A program made the position numbers and the translations under genes. Below, piece by piece: positions 36,601 through 47,787 of a DNA stretch of 47,787 nucleotides. The notes below the pieces were generated by a model. The model was given only the letters and a program-made list of their open reading frames with translations, had not been told where the DNA came from and searched no databases. Positions within the stretch are counted from its first letter, which is position 1. Each line of letters starts with the position of its first letter. The stretch is from Octopus bimaculoides (lineage: Eukaryota): positions 48,102,707 through 48,150,493 of the forward strand of contig NC_068981.1 in the NCBI RefSeq assembly GCF_001194135.2, read 5' to 3'.

Positions 36601-37934
36601 AAAATAACGTACGTAAAGTAAGCATAAAATCATGGTTACATATTTTCCTTTTTCAACTTGCTTCAGTTTAAATATATCTATTTTGCTATAGTATTGGTGC
36701 AGAATTTCAAACGTTGATATATTACTTATTTGGTATATTATATCAAAGGTGTACGTCATTCCGCTAGGTAGGGAAAGCCTATTTTTAGAGAAAAATATGA
36801 GAAGATATGCTGAAGAGGATGACAAAACATGAACTACTTCAAACCCGTGAATTAAAATCAGAAAAGTGAATATTAACCCTGCCAGGCAGTATGCTTGCTA
36901 TAGCAGTAATATGTTAAACATCATCTCCACTGGATTCCCAGTAAAGTGGTAATGAACAAAACACATAGAAGAAGAAAATGCAGCCGATTTGTCCATTAGC
37001 TTCCCTCCCACCTGGAATCCGAAGGAAAAATAAAGTTAATACTTGCATATACAGCTCAAGCATAATGATTGCAGGCAAAGACAGGCACAATTGATCAGGT
37101 CTGTGAGGGTTGTGGATAAAATAATAATAAAAGCATGATGATATCTGAGATGAGCAGTGAGATAAGGAATTTGCCCCTAGTGAGATAAGGAATTGGCAGA
37201 AAAGAAAAAAAAAGAATAAAAAGAGGAAGATGAAGGAGAGGGAGGAGGGAGATTAAAAAGAAAACCAGCAGCAACAACAACAATGAATGATTAACAAGAA
37301 ATGAATACGACAAAATAAAAAGTTGAATAGTAAAAAAAAAAAAATATTATAATAATAACTATCAATAAATGTGTATACGATTCTTTTTGTGAAATGCTAC
37401 TTGGGGATTCTAAACCGTTGGTGATGTCAAAATATTGTTTGTATCCTACCCATGTATTCACTGAAAGATTAGTTACTATACTTAATGGTTGACTTGTTTT
37501 TCTCCTGCTGTCATATTTCTTCTTCTATGCAGAATTGAATTTTCCGTTTACTTCTTCTTTTGGTATGTTCGTTATTTTATTTTTACATCTCAAATGTTTT
37601 GCCTTCTTTCCAATCGGTTTTAAGTTATTTAATTCATTTCTATTCTCGAAAGCGTAAAGTCCATTATGCGTTTCATATTTTTATATTGAAATTAAAATAA
37701 CGCTGATACAATCACACAGTGCAACTTTCACAAACTATTATTGCTTTTGTTTGGCCTGAATCTCAATAAAATTGATTTACTCGAAATTTCCTTCGATTCT
37801 TTGTATATTTCTTGCTGAGAAGAAAATCGTTTCGAGTTGATTCTTTTAGATTTAATTTGAAAATATTCAAAACTTGATTAAATCCATTGGGAAACATTTC
37901 AGCTTATGAAACATTATTTTGCAAGTTGAATAAT

Positions 37935-38077
<143 letters not shown>

Positions 38078-38124
38078 TATTTTCGTTGTTCTAGATGTTT
38101 TATTGTTATTATTATACTCTTTTA

Positions 38125-38526
38125 CTCTTTTACTTGTTTCAGTCAATTGACTGCGGCCATGCTGGAGCACCGACTTTAGTCGAGAAAATCGACCCCAGGA
38201 CTTATTCTTTGTAAGCCTAGTACTTATTCTATCGGTCTCTTTTTGCCGAACCGCTCAGTTACGGGGACGTAAACACACCAGCATCGGTTGTCAAGCGATG
38301 TTGGGGTGGGGTGGGGCAAACACAGACACACAAACATACACACACGTATATACTTATATACATATATACGACGGGCTTCTTTCAGTTTCCGTCAACCAAA
38401 TCCACTCACAAGGCTTTGGTCGGCCCGAGGCTACAGTAGAAGACACTTACCCAAGGTGTAACGCAGTGGGACTGAACCCGGAACCATGTGGTTGGTAAGC
38501 GAGCTACTTACCACACAGCCACTCCT
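38125..38526 (-). mobile_element. Well-preserved tRNA-derived SINE with internal microsatellite
   Basis: A box TGGCTGTGTGG (about 38512-38522) and B box GGTTCAGTCCC (38468-38478). Several homologous copies occur in this window. Confidence 0.9.
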
Positions 38527-38994
38527 GTGCCTTTATCTTTATCATTATTATCTAACTTTAATGTGCATGTTTCTTACAATCACATACAGAGTCACACTCA
38601 GCGTCCTGGGGCGAGTGAAGCATAAGAGATGTTACAGTATGACTGAAAGCTTGGGGATGAGAAGTGACAGGGACTGTAGCTAAATAACTTTATGTAATAC
38701 AACAAACATTCAAATTGATAGGGTTTTTCTAGGGATGTGGGAGCTAATTGTCAGCACAAACTTTTGGATTACTCTGAGACATGGTTCTCCTGGGAACTTA
38801 TGTAAATGTTTTTGGCATCCTTGTCTTATCATACATAGCGCACCACATATCATACATAGCGCACAAAAGATGCCACATCGTTTGTATTTCAATTTCCTGG
38901 TCATTATATTTACATATTTTTTTCTAATTCTCTTAATGATATATCATCATCATCATCGTCGTCGTTGCTTTTGTTGTCGACGTTGTTGTTAGGC

Positions 38995-39170
38995 GAACAC
39001 AATGCTGTGTGGTAAGAAGATTGCTTCCCAACCACATATTTCTGGATTCAGTTCAGCATAGTCACTCGGGCAGTTGTCTTCTCCTATGACTTTGCTTTAA
39101 CGAAATATATGTGAGAGGATGATTCGATAGATACAAAGTGAATGGAAGATGTCCTTCCACAGACGGGAGA
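38995..39170 (+). mobile_element. Diverged SINE head fragment (same family)
   Basis: tgctgtgtggtaagaagattgcttcccaaccacat...ggattcagt. Confidence 0.6.
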
Positions 39171-40019
39171 TAATAGTAAAAATGCAAAACATATTTTTTC
39201 AGTGCTTCCAAAGCATCGCCCGGACAAACAAGAATATCACTGCTAAAAAGCAGTAACAGTAATAATACTAAGTACATCAGTAAAATAGGAAACAGCAGTT
39301 GATGAGACATAGAAAATTAGTAAGTACAGCAACAAGAGCAACTGACGCAGTATCACTGAACAAACGACAAGTTCGCAACAATAATAGTAATATCATATAT
39401 AGAAATAGTATCTTCAGTCTCAGTAACTGAGTTCTCTAATAGCAATGCTACACTACACTAAAATATGCTTTCTCTATTATATCATTCACATATATCCTAT
39501 AATCGTGGAGACAGAGACGAAAATAAAAGTTATCCTCGAAAGAAAAAAATAAATATAAGAAAATAATGTGTTTCTTTAAAAATCCGAGAGATAAGAAGTA
39601 AGAATTAAATTGAGCACAGCAGCAAAACTATACCGCTTCGATTACCTGTTACAATTGGTCAACGGGATATGCCCAAAGTGATAACTGACCGAAATAGGGT
39701 GTCTGTTTCTCCATTATTTGTCAACTGTTTCATGTAGTTAGAGGCTCTATTTACTCGCAACAAAGGCGACGAAGATGTCTGTTCATGCCGAAGATGATAT
39801 TGAAAACTTTGTAGTACTACCGCATAGATTGCAGATAATTGAAGAGTTCATGGATGAACGAGGTTCAAGCCATGCCTTTCCTTCTCTTTGTCTCTGTGAC
39901 TGAGTTGGTGTCATGGACTGCAGCACAGATCAATACACAGCGTATGGTATTTGGAATGAGATAATGCACGCACAGCCTTGTACTAGCAGGGCAGTGCAAT
40001 CAGAGGAAGTCTGCCATTA

Positions 40020-40966
40020 TGGATTGATGGCAGGCGGAACGATGAAGTTCTTCGAGTAACTCTGGCCATCGACAAATTTGATGTGTACTAAGCGCTCAGC
40101 AACTATTTCAAGCTTCACTCGGAAAGGAAAATGTGAGTAGAGGGGTAAATGCAACCATTCATCAATTTCGTTGTTTCCACACATTGCCCAAAACTTTAAC
40201 AACAGTCAATGGCTATGTGAGCGAGCCATCTTGGTTTCATATAATGATGCTGTCGACAAAATCAATTGGGATCTCTTCCAACTGTTGCCAGGATAAGAAC
40301 GGTCTTTCAAATCCATCCACACTGTGATTCATCAGGATCAACCTGTAGTTTTTTTTTCCAACTAATTCCTGCACTCTCTATAGCAATCTGGGATGCCACT
40401 TTACAACTTAACACTTAAAAAGGAGGCTCCAATCATGCTGCTCAGGAATCTGGATTCACCTCACCTATACAATGGTACTAGATAGTTGTGAATGCGATGC
40501 AGTCCCATATCCTTCAGGCAGCAACTATCACTAGGAAATATAACTATGAAGGTGTCATGCTTCCACGGATCCTGCTAATCCTATTTGATCGCCCCTTTGA
40601 ATTTAAACGTCTCCAGATCCCAGTGAAACTAAGTTTTGCTATGTCGATTAATAAATCGCAAGGATATTCTCTCAAGGTCGTTGGATTTAACCTTGGTTCT
40701 CCTTGCTTCTCTCATGAGCAATTATATGTAGGACGTTCGTGATTTGAAAGTCCTCCAACTCTCTTAATTTGTACCCCAATTAAAGAACATACTGAAACAT
40801 TTTATATTTTGAAGTTATACAAAATTAAACTATGACTGGTTTCTGGATTTGTTTTAATAACTTTGTCTATACTGACGTCATCTCATAGACTCTTTCTGAA
40901 AATAAATATATTTATCTCCTTTAACATTCTTTCAACTCTTCGAGCAACGCCAGGTACTTAGGCTAG
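40020..40966 (+). mobile_element. Helitron 3' portion: Pif1-like helicase pseudogene plus terminus
   Basis: WLCERAILV..N, APIMLLRNLDSPHLYNGTR and FKRLQIPVKLSFAMSINKSQG...FSHEQLYV. Ends CGAGCAACGCCAGG-tacttagg-CTAG|T at 40966. Confidence 0.9.
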
Positions 40967-42320
40967 TGTATATATATATNNNNNNNNNNNNNNNNNNNNN
41001 NNNNNNNNNNNNNNNNNNNNNNNNNNNNNNNNNNNNNNNNNNNNNNNNNNNNNNNNGTGTGTGTATGTGTGTGTGTGTATGTATGTGTGTGTGTGTGTAT
41101 GTGTTTATGACTTGTGATCTTTGCTTCTTTGTGTATCCATATATATACATGTGAGAGTGCACGTGTGTGCGTGCATGAACGTGTGTGCGTGTATGAACGT
41201 TTATGCGTGTGTGTACGGGCGCACACGCGGATGCCTGTATGTTGGTTAATAGCGTTATTTTTGCTAAAACGTTAAAAATTTTGTTCGTATTTTGTAATTG
41301 TGAATTTTTTTCGCCATGAACGGTTTGTATTTTTAAACGGAATGTGTTTTTTCTGATGTTATATCTGTTCCTGAATGATGTGTAAAGAAATTTTGATTTA
41401 AGCATCTTAATGAATTCTTTATACTGAAATATATATTGAAGAAGATAAATATGTTCTTTTGAATTTATACGTTTTTGCGTCGTAACTCCTTTATTATTAT
41501 ATATATCTATTGGATCTATTGGATCTATTGAAACGTAGATTAACATTATTTCTTGCTTAATCCTTAAATATAGACAACTAAGGATTTCACGATTTATTGC
41601 ATTTCGGAACTCAACCTGTTTTGATTTAGAATCTATACGCTATCCAAATTAGTGTTTCGTGTTATAGGTCCCTACTACGTATATTTGTGATATGACGACG
41701 GTTAATGTATACATTTTTTATAATCTGTGACCGACAGATATGATTAAATTTAACCACGGGAGCACCTCTTCATGGACATTATTTTTATAATACATAACAC
41801 ACAAAACTTTGGCAGTTTGAAAAGGAATATTACGGCTCACTGACACATTTAATAATGCAATATTTCCGAATAAAGAAAAGTGTTAAAGATTAAGGACAAA
41901 TTTTAGACATGAATGAGCTAGATTTAAAATCAATACACAAAATAATTTTTCGGCATAGATAAACAGTTGGCTAATATATGTATTGGCTTTGACTAAACTC
42001 AAAATTTGAAAACGGCTTTCACAATAAGTTGGAATTTTGATTACACATATCTACTACTGAAGTCATGAGTATAAATTTATGAATTCTGGAAAACCAACGC
42101 AATACCTACATAATACATTGAACTTAGACGGTAGAAAGTCGAGATCTTTAACAATACATGAATGGAGACTTATATATCAAAAGAATGCAATTCAAATTGT
42201 CAATTTAAAGACATTTATTTGAAGAATATACCTTGATAAAATGAATGATAAATAATGAATTTAGCATGTTGAAAGTATAAGTACTTTTATGATAAAATGT
42301 TCTTTATTCTTTTTTCACAG

Positions 42321-42338
42321 GCTTCAAAAGCCTTCAAG
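42321..42338 (+). CDS. Candidate 18-nt microexon of an unidentified host gene
   Basis: ttctttattcttttttcacag|GCTTCAAAAGCCTTCAAG|gtaagt. Strong acceptor and donor, length divisible by 3, no stop in any frame. Confidence 0.55.
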
Positions 42339-42593
42339 GTAAGTTCTGTCTCAATTTTCTTTAAACTTACAACATCAATATTATTAAAGATCGTGCACAC
42401 AAATGTTTTAGTATGAAATTTTACGATTTATCAGCACTGAATCTGTTAAACAGAAAGAAAAATATTTCAAATACTATGCTTAGAATGAGACATAAAAACT
42501 GACTACATGCCATTTTGTATAGAGAAAATATCTCGAGATTCTTATTTTCTTTAATGCTACTTCTATCTTTTTGGTGGCATTTTATATACAGCT

Positions 42594-42752
<159 letters not shown>

Positions 42753-43044
42753 CAGTTTTGGCTGTTGTAGTGGTGGTTTTAGAGATGTTACTAGTAGTGA
42801 TAGTAGTGATAATAATAACAGTAAATATCTACGCAACTACCTCGTTATAAGGATCATCATCCAGATCCAATCTGAACAAAAAACACTACCTTCGCTATTT
42901 TCAAATATAACAATCAAATAGATTGAAAAAAGCTTTGACCAAACAAACCTGAAAATATCAAAAGCAAAAAGAAAAATAGCCATATATGTTTATACAGCAA
43001 AACAAACACACACACATACAAACACACAAACAGACACACTCACA

Positions 43045-43125
43045 CATACACACAGAAACAAACATACACACAGAAACAAACATACACACAGAAACAAACA
43101 TACACACAGAAACAAACATACACAC
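43045..43125 (+). repeat. 18-bp minisatellite (acacacagaaacaaacat) x4
   Basis: Direct reading; embedded in a CA-rich tract. Confidence 0.9.
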
Positions 43126-46100
43126 ATACGTACATATAAAACTATTAGTGTGTTGTGAATGTGTGTGTCCGGCAGCACAAGTATCGTATCATCACATCGT
43201 TCCAGAATATAGGTATATATGCATGCACATTTTTGTATGTCTTACATAGGATAATCGTATTCTATTCAAACTTTAGCATCAACAAAGCTGACCTTTAAGA
43301 TATCTGTCTTCCATATCAAAATAGATTCAAATCAGATCATATTTAACAATACTGTAGAATGCACGCTATTCAGACAGATTTGATGCTACTACCGTTAACA
43401 TTCCACTTTGTTTATGAAAACATATACCTGAAATTTTCTTTATTTTCAGCCTTCGTGTAGTTTCTCCCATTGTTCATGTATGCATATATATATATATATA
43501 TATANNNNNNNNNNNNNNNNNNNNNNNNNNNNNNNNNNNNNNNNNNNNNNNNNNNNNNNNNNNNNNNNNNNNNNNNNNNNNNNNNNNNNNNNNNNNNNNN
43601 NNNNNNNNNNNNNNNNNNNNNNNNNNNNNNNNNNNNNNNNNNNNNNNNNNNNNNNNNNNNNNNNNNNNNNNNNNNNNNNNNNNNNNNNNNNNNNNNNNNN
43701 NNNNNNNNNNNNNNNNNNNNNNNNNNNNNNNNNNNNNNNNNNNNNNNNNNNNNNNNNNNNNNNNNNNNNNNNNNNNNNNNNNNNNNNNNNNNNNNNNNNN
43801 NNNNNNNNNNNNNNNNNNNNNNNNNNNNNNNNNNNNNNNNNNNNNNNNNNNNNNNNNNNNNNNNNNNNNNNNNNNNNNNNNNNNNNNNNNNNNNNNNNNN
43901 NNNNNNNNNNNNNNNNNNNNNNNNNNNNNNNNNNNNNNNNNNNNNTATATATATATATATATACATACATATATATATATATATTCATATATATATGTGT
44001 ATATGTATGTATGTACGTATGTATATATGTGTATATGTATGTATGTATGTATGTATGTAAGTATGCATATGTGCATGTATGTATTAACAAATTGATAAAC
44101 TTAAAAAAAAAACATTGTTTTGACACTAGCGGACGTATTTTCCGTATATATATATATACATATATATATTCTTTAGGCTTTTCCTATGAATTTAGTAAAC
44201 TTCATTTTTGTCAATAAAGTCTTGTTAGCATTGTATACAACAAATAAGTATGGAACTAAACGATGGCATTGTAGTTAGTACAATTTTTTCACTACGATAT
44301 ATTTTACCATGCTTGTTGAGTTTCACATGTATAATAACATACTTCGCATCTTTTGTTATTTAATTTCGCCATTTCAATGTTGTTTCAGGAATTAGCTTAG
44401 CAGGATTTACGCTTTCGATGTGTTGAGCTTCCCCAATATCATAACGGCAAGTACCGCTGTGTATATCAAATGGTCGATATCTTTCAAAACAATATTTATT
44501 GCATATTTCTTGTAAGAAGACACTTTGAAATTAAAATTGATTTATAATTATTATATATGTTTGCTTTGCTTAGTTATGCTAAGAATATCATACATACTCT
44601 GGGAAGAAATTTTCATCCCGTTTTGTCACTTAGCACAGTATGCACTATGCCTCTATTAGTTACTTTGTCTCCTCAGTCTTTTAATTGCAATGCTATATGC
44701 TATATATCTAAAGGTTCTGTTGACTTACCTCCCGAAGAATAATGACAACGGCACTCTTATAATCATGCACCTGGTATTCGCGCTAATTAGGAAAATGTGG
44801 TGGCCAGTGCCTCAGTAGTTGTTTGTTTGTGTGTGTATATGTGTGTGGTGGAGGGTGTACCTGTGTGTGTGTAGTTACACCACACAAATTCACATGCAAT
44901 TCACACGCATATATTTATCATTCGTCAACCATTTGGATCACTATGTCTGCAATCATATTGTTTTCACGAAACTTAATTTCTGTATATACAGGAAATTAAT
45001 GCCTCTGCATTAAGTTTCGCTTATTAAGGTGAGGTACATTTATGAGAAATGTCAAGCAGCAGATAATTTATTTTCTGTTTAAATACATTTATATTCTTGC
45101 CATATACGATTTTACATTTCGCTGGCAAGATAAGGAAACACATAGGACGTATGAGCACTGTGATGCATATGACCTTGACTTTTATAGGAATCGTGAAACA
45201 TTTCGACCTAAAGTGTACTGCCCAATAAATTGCTATTATATTGCAATAAAAATGTTTAGGGTAGGCACTCGAATGATTTTCACTTGATAGGTTAAAGCAT
45301 TTCTTATCCGTTTTCTCAAGAGGGTGTTTTGGTTCTTTCATCTTCCAGTAGATTCATTGTTGCAATGAGGCGAATTGCCTCTTGAAGCATACTCATATTA
45401 CATCAAGATCCGCTCTTATTTCAGTGATAGTAGTCATGAACATTAATTTAGAGAGCGGATGTAGATTCTTGCCATCATATACTGAAAATATCTGATCATA
45501 TCTAGCCAGTCTTTTGTACTCGTTGCCATTTTTCCTATATGTGCATTATAAAGAGTCATCAAAATCTATTTTTATCCCCTGTCACACACGTACACGGATT
45601 TTGGACTTTCAGTCACCAGGTTCTGTGCATTGTGGTTGCTGGGTACATTGGTTACTATAGCGAAAAATAAGAAATCTTCTATTTTTAAATCGGTAAATAT
45701 TTCTTGCACCTCACTTGCAGTAGCTATCAATAGAGGTGTATAGTCTTGATATTACCTAGTCTTAACTGCGATAAAACACTTCACTAAGCAAGGTTAGTAA
45801 AAGTTGTGTTTATATAATTGTACCATGTGAAATACCAACAGAAAATGACACGGCCTACATATAATGTTTATATGTGTCAGCACATGAACGTGTATGAAGA
45901 TATGTGTGCATGTATTTATGTATGTGTCTATGTTTGTATGCATCTATATTACAATATATATATATATANNNNNNNNNNNNNNNNNNNNNNNNNNNNNNNN
46001 NNNNNNNNNNNNNNNNNNNNNNNNNNNNNNNNNNNNNNNNNNNNNNNNNNNNNNNNNNNNNNNNNNNNNNNNNNNNNNNNNNNNNNNNNNNNNNNNNNNN

Positions 46101-46886
46101 NNNNNNNNNNNNNNNNNNNNNNNNNNNNNNNNNNNNNNNNNNNNNNNNNNNNNNNNNNNNNNNNNNNNNNNNNNNNNNNNNNNNNNNNNNNNNNNNNNNN
46201 NNNNNNNNNNNNNNNNNNNNNNNNNNNNNNNNNNNNNNNNNNNNNNNNNNNNNNNNNNNNNNNNNNNNNNNNNNNNNNNNNNNNNNNNNNNNNNNNNNNN
46301 NNNNNNNNNNNNNNNNNNNNNNNNNNNNNNNNNNNNNNNNNNNNNNNNNNNNNNNNNNNNNNNNNNNNNNNNNNNNNNNNNNNNNNNNNNNNNNNNNNNN
46401 NNNNNNNNNNNNNNNNNNNNNNNNNNNNNNNNNNNNNNNNNNNNNNNNNNNNNNNNNNNNNNNNNNNNNNNNNNNNNNNNNNNNNNNNNNNNNNNNNNNN
46501 NNNNNNNNNNNNNNNNNNNNNNNNNNNNNNNNNNNNNNNNNNNNNNNNNNNNNNNNNNNNNNNNNNNNNNNNNNNNNNNNNNNNNNNNNNNNNNNNNNNN
46601 NNNNNNNNNNNNNNNNNNNNNNNNNNNNNNNNNNNNNNNNNNNNNNNNNNNNNNNNNNNNNNNNNNNNNNNNNNNNNNNNNNNNNNNNNNNNNNNNNNNN
46701 NNNNNNNNNNNNNNNNNNNNNNNNNNNNNNNNNNNNNNNNNNNNNNNNNNNNNNNNNNNNNNNNNNNNNNNNNNNNNNNNNNNNNNNNNNNNNNNNNNNN
46801 NNNNNNNNNNNNNNNNNNNNNNNNNNNNNNNNNNNNNNNNNNNNNNNNNNNNNNNNNNNNNNNNNNNNNNNNNNNNNNNNNNNNNN

Positions 46887-46930
<44 letters not shown>

Positions 46931-46931
46931 T

Positions 46932-47256
46932 GAGACCTCCTTCGGTCATGACTGACCATGGTATTGCGCCTAGATAGTTACCCTCCCAGGCACAAGTACG
47001 GGCAATGTTGTTTATAGATGACTAGCAGTCGCCCATGCATACCGGCCCCCGTCTCCACGCGACCAGTGTTATCCAAGGGAAAGGCAAATCCGATACAACT
47101 TAGCACCTGTGACATCGCAACTCATTTCTACAGCTGAATGGACTGGAGCAACGTGAAATAAAGTGTCTTGCTCAAAGACACACTACCCAGCCTGCTCCAG
47201 GGCTCGAACTCACAACCTCGCGATCGTAAGCTCAGCGCTAAAACCACTGAGCCATT
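46932..47256 (-). mobile_element. tRNA-head SINE with a structured, possibly RTE-derived 3' part
   Basis: A box TGGCTCAGTGG (47244-54), B box GTTCGAGCCC (47200-09), hairpin GTGTCTT/AAGACAC, and a GC-rich 3' segment at 46932-47090. Confidence 0.8.
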
Positions 47257-47284
47257 ATATATATATACATATATATATTTATAT

Positions 47285-47787
47285 ATATATGGAAAGACTT
47301 GAGCCTCAAAAATCAAAACATAGTACAAGACTTCTGATGATTTATTTTTCGAAATAGTCCCCCTCGATGGCGGAATACTTTCTCCAGCGGTACTGAAGCG
47401 CCATTATCCAGGCGTAGAGGAACTCTTTTGTTAGAGAGTCCAGGAAAATTCATATGACGTCATTGTCACTGGCAGAATGGAGACCAGCCAGGGCATTTTC
47501 CATTTTTGGGAATAGAGGAAAGTCAGAGTGGGCTAAGTTTGACGAATAAGGCGGATGGAGAACAATTTCGTATCCACAATCACGAATTGTTGCTATGGTA
47601 ACCAGTGAGGTGTGGGCTGCAGCATTGTCGTGATGAAAAAGGACTCCCCTGGTGAGCATTCCCGGCCTTTTTTTCTTCGATTGCTTCTCGGAGGTGTTTC
47701 AGTAGCAGAGAATAATACAGCCCTATCACGGTGTGACCCTTTTCAATGTAATCGATCAGCAAGATACCTTGAAAATCACAAAAAAAA
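47285..47787 (-). mobile_element. Mariner transposase C-terminal fragment, runs off the window
   Basis: IDYIEKGHTV..LYYSLLL, LFHHDNAAAHTS and HPPYSSNLAHSDFPLF (cf. YSPDLAPSDF). Frameshifted. Confidence 0.9.

Noticed and set aside
36810-36845. CTGAAGA-GGATG...CAT-GAAC as a hammerhead
   Set aside because: GAAA is absent and there is no stem I or stem III.
41250-42250. Very old Penelope-like remnants
   Set aside because: Only vague motif resemblance in AT-rich DNA; cannot be supported without a profile search.
47330-47365. CTGATGA...CGAAATAGTC as a hammerhead
   Set aside because: No stem II; this is the antisense of the mariner GDYFEK* end.

Overview
This is eukaryotic, AT-rich, microsatellite-dense draft-assembly DNA with 12 N-gaps. 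The SINE families and repeat landscape look like a coleoid cephalopod (Octopus-like); that is an inference from pattern recognition, not from a search. No intact protein-coding gene is visible. The window is intergenic or intronic and full of decayed transposable elements: two L1/Tx1-clade LINE copies (one near full length), two restriction-like-endonuclease (R4/Dong-like) LINE 3' fragments, two different Penelope-like GIY-YIG fragments, three mariner relics (two nested), a Helitron 3' end, about eight tRNA-derived SINE pieces and several foldback palindromes. Three things stand out. (1) Several hammerhead-ribozyme (HHR) motifs: two well-formed type I motifs (3644-3714 and 29457-29523), a candidate non-circularly permuted HHR 191 nt downstream of the second (29684-29760), and three degenerate ones. 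(2) Two copies of a long-TIR GGATC...GATCC element carrying telomere-like TTAGGG/TTTTAGGG arrays. (3) A textbook 18-nt candidate microexon at 42321-42338, the best hint of a plus-strand host gene. All alignments, translations and RNA folds were done by eye, and most TE boundaries are approximate (tens of bp).
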